Shown here: positions 45,072-51,939 of the stretch, in pieces | How the letters are laid out: each line of letters opens with the position of its first letter | Numbering within the stretch: position 1 is the stretch's first letter | From: a virus | Taxonomy: Duplodnaviria; Caudoviricetes | Length of the DNA stretch: 51,939 nucleotides | Strand: one strand, 5' to 3' | Virus record (IMG/VR): IMGVR_UViG_3300044998_001165 | Coordinates: 1 to 51,939 of that record | Position numbers and translations under genes: made by a program | Notes under the pieces: generated by a model | Seen by the model: the letters and a program-made list of their open reading frames with translations, nothing else | Told to the model about the DNA's origin: nothing | The model's database searches: none

Positions 45072-46843
45072 GATAAAATAGATTGATTTATGTTAGTGTT
45101 TAAGCGGACTTCTTCATTTAGTTTATCGGTCAAATTGAGTTCAATGCGCTGATTAATCAGCACATCTAAATCGTTTTTGATCGTCATGTAATCGGCATTC
45201 ATAAACCACTCTTTACCATCCCTTTGTTTTCCGTTTGGATCAAGGTCTTGGTTAATTAAGTAGTCTAAAGATGAATAAGCATAAATGGAACGAATGGCAT
45301 CGTTTAACGAAATCACGTTTTGACTGATCGCAAAATTGAGTTCGTCCCATTTCATCCCGCAAAGCGCGTCGTAATTTATCAGGAATTGGGCTATTTTCTT
45401 TTGAATGGGGTCTCCGTTGAATCGTTTGTCGGCTAATGCGAGATAGGTTTGCTTACTCATTTGATCGTAAGCCCCGCCTAATTGTTGGTATTGCAACAAC
45501 TCATCGGCTAATTCCGACTCTCCTTTGATATGGAAAGACATGGGTTTGATGATCTTAGGCAGTTGGGCATTGCGTCCCGAACGGTATAGCTCAATGATGT
45601 ACAGTGAATTATACATCACATTATCAAAAATATTATTTGAGACCCGGGTCAATAAGGTAAAAAATTCGTCTTTATCTTCTCGCTTGGCTGCTGCGCTCTG
45701 TGCTTCCCATGTGTAACGAACGTTTACCGCTCGTTCCGCTTGCTCTAAAAGCGACTCGTAAGCCTCCTTCAGCATGGTAATCGGCTCAAAGGGCGGAGTG
45801 TAATATTTAATGGAATCAAAATCATTCGGACCATTAATGCCCCCCTTATCTGTTTTAACAATCACAGAAGAAGGATTTAGTCGAATATGCTTACCCGTCC
45901 CATTACATTTAGGGCATTCTGTCGTTTGCCCCGTTTCATTAGTTACGTATCCATTTGTACATCCCTGATAATCACAATCCAACGGACGAATCTGCATAAT
46001 CGGATAGGAATTATGCGTTAGCGCAAATTGATAATCCGAAAAGCAAGAAATAGCTTGATTCGCAAACCCGCAAAAAGCATCAAAGAACGACTTGTAAATA
46101 CCCTTAGTGTTTAATTTCCCGCCCAGCGTTAATGCAGGTAATCGCAGTAGATTGTGATTGAAATACCCTAAAGCGATGGAGCGGGAGTTGTTATCATACT
46201 GGCTTTTAGTAAATGAATACCAATATTCATCCGTCAAGACATGATAGATCGGTTGATCTATTCCGTCCGAAGTGCGATAACAAGCCTCGTCTTTCCAAAT
46301 CCTTACATTTTTATCATCATAAATTTGATGATCAGAGGTTACAACCATCGGCTCAACGTCTACGCCGATATTTTCCGGCAATGTCCCGTTGCTCTGCATC
46401 GAAATCATTTCAGCCGTTGGCAACCATACCACCCAAGCGTTAGGGTCTTCCAACATCAATGCAAGGCAGAACTGCTGGACAAATAGCCAAAAGTCCAAAC
46501 CTTCATAACTAAAGGTTTGTAGGTAGGTTTCCAACTCATCCGATAGCTCTGTGGAATATTGCGAATCTTGAAATATCCGAAACATTCCATCACAAGCCCG
46601 CTCATAAACCGACTGCGTAATAGGTTCGTAGTTATCGCACCGCCATTTGAATGTTGCTTCTGATTCAGACAACCGCCTGCTGATAATCCGATTTAAGTCT
46701 GTACCCTTTTGCTCACGTGGTCGAATACCCTGCGAATGAATAATCATTCGGTTACGAATTTTTATTCGCTCCGTGATGATCCCGTTCCGCTTTGCCATCA
46801 GGACGGGTAGTTGATTCACATAGTATTGCGGGTCGAGAGCCAT
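45068..46843 (-). CDS. Portal protein with zinc-finger-like insert
   Basis: 591 aa upstream of scaffold/MCP; helical C-half with AQSAAAKRED motif; C-x4-C...CPKCNGTG insert. Confidence 0.75.
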   Translation of the reverse strand: MALDPQYYVNQLPVLMAKRNGIITERIKIRNRMIIHSQGIRPREQKGTDLNRIISRRLSESEATFKWRCDNYEPITQSVYERACDGMFRIFQDSQYSTELSDELETYLQTFSYEGLDFWLFVQQFCLALMLEDPNAWVVWLPTAEMISMQSNGTLPENIGVDVEPMVVTSDHQIYDDKNVRIWKDEACYRTSDGIDQPIYHVLTDEYWYSFTKSQYDNNSRSIALGYFNHNLLRLPALTLGGKLNTKGIYKSFFDAFCGFANQAISCFSDYQFALTHNSYPIMQIRPLDCDYQGCTNGYVTNETGQTTECPKCNGTGKHIRLNPSSVIVKTDKGGINGPNDFDSIKYYTPPFEPITMLKEAYESLLEQAERAVNVRYTWEAQSAAAKREDKDEFFTLLTRVSNNIFDNVMYNSLYIIELYRSGRNAQLPKIIKPMSFHIKGESELADELLQYQQLGGAYDQMSKQTYLALADKRFNGDPIQKKIAQFLINYDALCGMKWDELNFAISQNVISLNDAIRSIYAYSSLDYLINQDLDPNGKQRDGKEWFMNADYMTIKNDLDVLINQRIELNLTDKLNEEVRLNTNINQSILS

Positions 46844-47547
46844 TAGGGTTTGATAAAGTAAAAGGACTCTTGTTTGGGGGAAACGTGGTATTCAAAATCA
46901 GCCGGCACGTCCAACGTCTTAACGAATTTATGTACCTCCGCGCAAAGGTCGCGCGCCCAACCCAAATCCGGCGAATAGTCGTGTCCGGCTATGATGCCAC
47001 CGCTTTTTACTTTTGGATACCAAGCCCGAAGGTCGAAAGCAACATTTTCGGCATCATGCGCCCCGTCAATAAAGACCGCATCTAAGGTATTGTCTTCAAA
47101 TTGCCTAACCGCCCCCTCTGAATAATCCGCCAGTAAAAAGACCTCTTGTTGATACCCCGCCTCCCGAATGTGTTTTTCAAAAAGGGCATGGGCATCGGGT
47201 TTGTAACTATTGCTTACCTCCCCAAACTGCCAGAGCTGTCCGTCAAAGACAGGCTGAACTACGAACGGATCAACCGTTACAAAATGAATTTTTTTTCCCG
47301 ACTGTTCGATCAATTCTGCCATCAGTACCGCCGACTTACCGAGCCATGCGCCAATTTCTACGATTTTACCGCCTTTTTTAGGACAAGCCTCCACGATCCT
47401 ACGGTACAATGCCTCAAAATTGGTAAAGCTATCCGGTACGGGGATTGCTTTATACTTAGACACGACCTGCAAGGGTGCGGGTTGACTTTCCGTATTTGGA
47501 GAAGTTACTGTATTGGAATTGAGGGAAGTTGAACTGGTGGTATCCAT
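46843..47547 (-). CDS. Class I SAM-dependent methyltransferase (Methyltransf_24-like)
   Basis: IVEIGAWLGKSA, TVDPF, VFIDGAHD, KVKSGGIIAGHDY. Confidence 0.9.
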   Translation of the reverse strand: MDTTSSTSLNSNTVTSPNTESQPAPLQVVSKYKAIPVPDSFTNFEALYRRIVEACPKKGGKIVEIGAWLGKSAVLMAELIEQSGKKIHFVTVDPFVVQPVFDGQLWQFGEVSNSYKPDAHALFEKHIREAGYQQEVFLLADYSEGAVRQFEDNTLDAVFIDGAHDAENVAFDLRAWYPKVKSGGIIAGHDYSPDLGWARDLCAEVHKFVKTLDVPADFEYHVSPKQESFYFIKP

Positions 47548-48451
47548 GAAAATAGTTTAATAAATCGTTATAAACGTCAATGTCTTGTTGGTTACTTCTT
47601 TCGCCCATCATCGTTATACCCATGTATCTCGATACGATATAATCGCGATAGGATAGTTTAGAAGTGGCGTATGAGTAAGGATCGTATTTCGCATCATAAA
47701 ACGGCACAAACGGCACAGTAGCCGGCTGTATGCCCGTTCGCGCAGAGGCGATGTTGAAATAGTATTCGTCGGGTGCTTCGTTTCGGAAGTCGTGATAATT
47801 CTGGTTAGGCTCGTCATACAAACGAATCATCTCATCAAATAAAGGCTTACTACCTTCTTTCTTGAAATAGACAAACGAGCTATTTGTTTGCGGAATCTTT
47901 GTCTGCTGTAAACCATAACGATTAACGACCGACTCAACCCTACCATCCCGCGACCAAACTCCATAAGCCGGCTTATCAGGAACGGTGAGCTTCATCGTTG
48001 CTACGTCATACGAATTATAAACCATCGGTTGGTAAATAATCGAATCAGCCGGAATCCTATTCCCCTCCGAATCGGTTACGGTTGGCTTTACGAGGCGTTC
48101 AACAATCTGCGGAAATATGCCGTTATGGATGAGTAACGAGTCGCTGTCAAGCCAGAAGGTATGCTCAAACGGTGATAACTCATGTAAGTATAACTTAGAC
48201 TTGAAATAAACAACCTTGTCGTTGGATACATAACACTCCTTGGGCATCGGAATCATCCGATCAAAATAGGCTGTATGCTTGGGCGACAAATCCGCCACCG
48301 CCGAGTCATCATAAAAAAGCCACACCGGCAACTGCGGGGAATCTTTTTTATATTGACCCTTGATACTCAATGCACAATTAAAAGCCATCCGCCCGTAGGC
48401 TTTGGCTCCTAATGCAATAAGAATACACCCTACTTTGAAATCCGCCATCAT
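47456..48451 (-). CDS. GT-A fold glycosyltransferase (GT8-like)
   Basis: KLYLHELSPFEHTFWLDSD (DxD), NSSFVYFKK, PDEYYFNIA. Confidence 0.75.
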   Translation of the reverse strand: MMADFKVGCILIALGAKAYGRMAFNCALSIKGQYKKDSPQLPVWLFYDDSAVADLSPKHTAYFDRMIPMPKECYVSNDKVVYFKSKLYLHELSPFEHTFWLDSDSLLIHNGIFPQIVERLVKPTVTDSEGNRIPADSIIYQPMVYNSYDVATMKLTVPDKPAYGVWSRDGRVESVVNRYGLQQTKIPQTNSSFVYFKKEGSKPLFDEMIRLYDEPNQNYHDFRNEAPDEYYFNIASARTGIQPATVPFVPFYDAKYDPYSYATSKLSYRDYIVSRYMGITMMGERSNQQDIDVYNDLLNYFHGYHQFNFPQFQYSNFSKYGKSTRTLAGRV

Positions 48452-49125
48452 TAATTGTCTAAGAGGTAAGCCAAATCATAAGGAGAATCATCTTTATACC
48501 CTTGCCCGCATTCCCAAGCCTGATAATTGTCCAACAATTCTATCAAGCCATAAACATAGTCCGGCACCAATAATTGCAAACTACTCTGCGCAGAAAGCGT
48601 ACCCGTAAACAGTTTTTTCTGCTGACTATCCGCCTCAAATGTCATGTCCACATTGAAAGTCCCCTTGTAAAAACCGTACACTTGACCGGTACACATCACA
48701 ACGGCAAAATATAACCCGCCGTTTTTGGAGAGTTCCGCAGCATAGTTGTATAGCTTTTCAAGTGAGTTATCATACCGGGCATTAATCCGATCTTCAAATT
48801 GAAAGACGTGCGTGCGCCCAATCACAACCTCGGGCTGACACGGCGAAACCCTTGCGGTTACATCCGTTGAGGCTTGCTTACTTCCGTTAACCACCCCTGT
48901 AATCCGCAGTTTACAAGCGGCAATAAGCGGTTCAACTACCGCCGGATCAATCGTTTGCCCATCCTCCAAAAAAACGCTGGGATTTCTCAAGGTCTGCATT
49001 GCCTCACAGTTAGCAAAAATCACCCGATCAAAACCTGCTTCGTTGCCATACGGATCGTTGCAATCAATGCGCGAAAGGGCTGGAAAGCCTGCGTTGTTAG
49101 TACATAATTGCGGACATGCTGCCAT
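48451..49125 (-). CDS. Probable major tail (tube) protein
   Basis: 224 aa, first gene after a -7 box; beta-rich C-terminus (TFNVDMTFE...LFTGTLS); no other tube candidate in the genome. Confidence 0.5.
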   Translation of the reverse strand: MAACPQLCTNNAGFPALSRIDCNDPYGNEAGFDRVIFANCEAMQTLRNPSVFLEDGQTIDPAVVEPLIAACKLRITGVVNGSKQASTDVTARVSPCQPEVVIGRTHVFQFEDRINARYDNSLEKLYNYAAELSKNGGLYFAVVMCTGQVYGFYKGTFNVDMTFEADSQQKKLFTGTLSAQSSLQLLVPDYVYGLIELLDNYQAWECGQGYKDDSPYDLAYLLDN

Positions 49126-49163
49126 TTTTTTAAGGTTTTAGGTAACGAAAGAAACGTAAAGTG

Positions 49164-49171
49164 CAAAATTA
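49164..49171 (-). promoter_or_regulatory. Bacteroidota -7 box (TAATTTTG) for the virion operon
   Basis: Exact TAnnTTTG in an AT-rich intergenic region. Confidence 0.6.
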
Positions 49172-49266
49172 TACATACGTATTAATCAATAAAATCAAAT
49201 AATTATCATACATATAATTAAAACAAGCAAATAAATGTTATTTTATGCTATTTATTTTTTATTGCT

Positions 49267-49959
49267 TTATATGATACCTATTTGATTTGCTAAAGCAATC
49301 AGTGCGGGAATTTCGCGGGGTGTTGATTGTGGTGCGGGAAGTGAAATTGGAGTTCTCGGATCAATCAAGTCAAGGTTTTTGAGGACGGTGTAGAGCACTT
49401 TGCGAATCGTGGGCAGGTCTTCCTGTGATATTTCGCAACCCAGAAAAGCGACTGACTCAAATTTGTCTTGCAGTGATGCTTTGCGTTTATTGATCTCTGT
49501 CGGACTAAGATGCGTTAGTAAGTGCCAGTAAAGGTTCACGCTCCAACTGTCATACCCTAATTGAAGATACCCGTTTAGCTTTTTTCGCCCCGTGCAAAAG
49601 GAAGAATGATCGTGATTGCAATAGTGCGCAAACTTCTTTATATCAAAATTCTTGTTTTCATGTAAAATCTTAGTGAAAACGTGCCTGATTTCAGGGAGAG
49701 GCATTAGCCGACTGCTTCCCGTAATGGCTTTTCTAAACTTCTCCTCAGATGCCTGTACTTCTGCGTGAGCAGCAAGGAAACGGGTATAGGTAGGCGGAGA
49801 TTCTTTTAAGTATCGGTATGACCATTTTGTCAAGAGTCGGAAACATTCTCCCAAATCGCCACTGGCTAAGAATGCTTCACAATCCACCCGGTCGGTGTTG
49901 TATTGCAAAACATCTGCGCACAGCCGTTTGAAATGCCCTTTGAAGTGCTTGGTACTCAC
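49267..49959 (-). CDS. Hypothetical protein
   Basis: 230-aa ORF with GTGA overlap. Confidence 0.7.
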   Translation of the reverse strand: MSTKHFKGHFKRLCADVLQYNTDRVDCEAFLASGDLGECFRLLTKWSYRYLKESPPTYTRFLAAHAEVQASEEKFRKAITGSSRLMPLPEIRHVFTKILHENKNFDIKKFAHYCNHDHSSFCTGRKKLNGYLQLGYDSWSVNLYWHLLTHLSPTEINKRKASLQDKFESVAFLGCEISQEDLPTIRKVLYTVLKNLDLIDPRTPISLPAPQSTPREIPALIALANQIGII

Positions 49960-50192
49960 TGTTTGCCTCCTTTCTTTGCTTTTTGGGCGAAGCCAAAAAA
50001 TACGGCACTAATGATACAGCCGCTCATAGATAAGAATACTCCGAAAAACACCACCATATAAAATTGCCAATCCACTCCGTCCCAATGCCAAAGATCAATG
50101 ATCGCTTTACCGATGGCAACGATCAAAAAAATGGCAAAGGTTGTGGCGAAAACAAGGATCACCCATGATAGGGATCGTTCTAAGCGTGTCAT
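49956..50192 (-). CDS. Two-TM membrane protein
   Basis: Two hydrophobic helices and a basic C-terminus. Confidence 0.7.
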   Translation of the reverse strand: MTRLERSLSWVILVFATTFAIFLIVAIGKAIIDLWHWDGVDWQFYMVVFFGVFLSMSGCIISAVFFGFAQKAKKGGKQ

Positions 50193-50854
50193 GTGATTAT
50201 AACGTCTTTAATAAGTTTGAAGTAATGTATGTATTTACGATGAGCGTATTTTTCTCTGTGATAGCCAATAAATTCCTTAAGCATGTCTTCTTCCGTTTCG
50301 CCTTCAAAACCGCTTAATCGAGCTAATTCATATACTCCACAAGGGTAGGCAGTTCGGCGTAAGGTTACCTGTTTTTCTTCAATCAGAATTTTATCTACGA
50401 ACCGTTTTTCATAAACGAATGAGCCTACCGGATCAAGGATATTTAGCTCAAAAAACAGGTCGGCTCGGCTAACATTTTCGACGATAATAATCGTTTCGAT
50501 AGCCGTATTGGCTCGTGCTTCCAATGAGTCCGCATCGTTAAAAGCTATTAAGTTAGGAATAGATACCCTGTAAGTATCTCCATATTGCTTCTTATAACGC
50601 CTCGCGTAGCATTCACCATCGGGTCTTGTGTGATCGAGTCTATATTCAAGACCATGTTGATAACAACAGCGCAGTTCTACTTTTGGAAGCATTGAGAGGT
50701 ATGCTTTCATTTGGTCGAAAGTGATCGGATACTTTTCAAGATCAAATAGGTCTTGAAAACCTTCAAAACTACCCAAAGGATTATATCTATCCGTTTGTAT
50801 ATGTGCAATTTCAAGTTTCGCTTTATCTGATAAGGGCGGTATTAATGATGCCAT
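50189..50854 (-). CDS. Hypothetical protein (start likely ATG 50854); weak ASCH-like C-terminus
   Basis: FVDKILIEEKQVTLRR...ARLSGF loosely resembles ASCH. Confidence 0.6.
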   Translation of the reverse strand: MASLIPPLSDKAKLEIAHIQTDRYNPLGSFEGFQDLFDLEKYPITFDQMKAYLSMLPKVELRCCYQHGLEYRLDHTRPDGECYARRYKKQYGDTYRVSIPNLIAFNDADSLEARANTAIETIIIVENVSRADLFFELNILDPVGSFVYEKRFVDKILIEEKQVTLRRTAYPCGVYELARLSGFEGETEEDMLKEFIGYHREKYAHRKYIHYFKLIKDVIIT

Positions 50855-50865
50855 TTGGTTATATG

Positions 50866-51642
50866 TTAAAATAAAGTCAAGGTTTCTTTTACGGATTCGG
50901 GCTTTTTCCATACCTTGGGATACTGTCTCCATGTCCGACCATCCAAAAACGGTTCTTTATTCCCGCCTTTCCATCCGCCGGTCTGCTTGTAGAAAAACGG
51001 AACGTCATGGGCAACACATTGATCTTTGATGTTACGTACCCATTCTTCTTGCATTGGGCGCGGTGTAGTACCGGATTCCCCGCCGACAATGACCCAATGG
51101 ATACCACCCAAATCAATTGCGCCTAAGTCCTCCAAAAGCGGTTCGATACTCAAAAACCTAATGTGAGCCGAACAAAAGTCTAATGTCCGCTTTCGATCTA
51201 ATTGCGCCCGGTTTTCAATAGAGACTCCCATCCAAATGTTAGGTGTCCATGAAAGGTCATAATTCAGTTCAAACAAACGCCCCACCCGCTTGGTCAGGAT
51301 TTGAAAGGTATGTCGGCTTGCCTTATTCATCACCCCAAAGACCTCTTTCAAAAACGATTCGGGGATGTGTTCGTGGAACATATCCGACATGCTGTTGACG
51401 AAATACAGGGTCGGATCACGCCGGGACAGTGGTTGCTTGAGCCGGTCGGGATGGCAAACCACCTGAGTGAACGGTACTTGAAATTGCTTAGGCACGGTCG
51501 GATCACCGCTACTTTTCCAATGTTCGTAGTAACGGGTGTGCAGTTCCTCAGCATAGCAAAACTTACATCCCGCCGATATTTTGGTACATCCGGTTACGGG
51601 GTTCCAAGTCCTTTCAGTCCATTCGATACTCGATTTGCCCAT
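50866..51642 (-). CDS. DUF5131 / phage Gp37-Gp68 family protein
   Basis: SSIEWTERTWNPVTGCTKISAGCKFCYA, FVNSMSDMFH, FQILTKR, FLSIEPLL, WVIVGGESG, PFFYKQ. Confidence 0.93.
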   Translation of the reverse strand: MGKSSIEWTERTWNPVTGCTKISAGCKFCYAEELHTRYYEHWKSSGDPTVPKQFQVPFTQVVCHPDRLKQPLSRRDPTLYFVNSMSDMFHEHIPESFLKEVFGVMNKASRHTFQILTKRVGRLFELNYDLSWTPNIWMGVSIENRAQLDRKRTLDFCSAHIRFLSIEPLLEDLGAIDLGGIHWVIVGGESGTTPRPMQEEWVRNIKDQCVAHDVPFFYKQTGGWKGGNKEPFLDGRTWRQYPKVWKKPESVKETLTLF

Positions 51643-51782
51643 TACTGCATCTCCTGTAAGCTTCTTTTGTAGTAATATTCCCGATTCAAACTATCCAACT
51701 GCATAGATTGCACTTGGATTTTGAGGCGGTTGATTTCAAGGTCTTGCTTTGTTTCGTCTCCCTGCTGAAGGAAAAAACTCAT
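51642..51782 (-). CDS. 46-aa coiled-coil protein (start ATG 51782)
   Basis: TAATG coupling to DUF5131; ATG follows the upstream stop. Confidence 0.55.
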   Translation of the reverse strand: MSFFLQQGDETKQDLEINRLKIQVQSMQLDSLNREYYYKRSLQEMQ

Positions 51783-51812
51783 CTTAGTGATAGCCAGCGC
51801 ACGCTCCCTTCC

Positions 51813-51939
51813 TACACTTTTCCGTCTCTGCTTGCAGGACTTCGATCTCATCATGTAATCTTTTACGCAAAGACTTAATGAGCATCACATATCCCTCATT
51901 TGGAGGGCAGTTGCTTTCTGAAATAGATTTTTGCTGATC
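51813..51939. repeat. 127-bp terminal direct repeat (copy 2)
   Basis: Exact match to 1-127. Confidence 0.95.

Noticed and set aside
51813-51939. Biological terminal repeat
   Set aside because: 127 bp equals a common assembler k-mer and it cuts through a coding region; best read as a circular overlap

Overview
The window is most likely a complete circular dsDNA tailed (siphovirus-like) phage genome of 51,812 bp: positions 1-127 are repeated exactly at 51813-51939, a typical assembler overlap. A Bacteroidota host is inferred from TAnnTTTG promoter boxes, a Bacteroidota-like DnaN, a BT4734/VirE-N primase domain and an SprB-type repeat. Most genes are on the minus strand. Modules in order: tRNA/structured-RNA cluster (150-910); tape measure; tail chaperone with a -1 frameshift; TerL/TerS; iteron-rich inverted-repeat origin; primase-helicase, Gp157 and RecT-like replication genes; a switch region with an apparently frameshifted XRE repressor and no recognisable integrase; Cys-rich tail-tip genes; a plus-strand early island built from duplicated promoter cassettes (29.3-32.2 kb); dnaN and VRR-NUC; a Tad1-like gene flanked by two paralogous small proteins; u-spanin, exonuclease, endolysin and holin; the head/neck module; a glycosyltransferase and methyltransferase inside the virion operon; a probable major tail protein; DUF5131. 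The most striking candidates for new biology are (i) a ~70-nt small RNA gene with its own promoter and terminator, carrying a 13-nt perfect antisense to the 5' ends of both early cassettes, which also have operator-like palindromes and paralogous HTH genes; (ii) several non-canonical tRNA-like or structured RNAs; (iii) a putative immune-signal sponge cluster; (iv) a Cys-rich, possibly glycosylated virion. All family assignments come from motif recognition by eye, not database searches.
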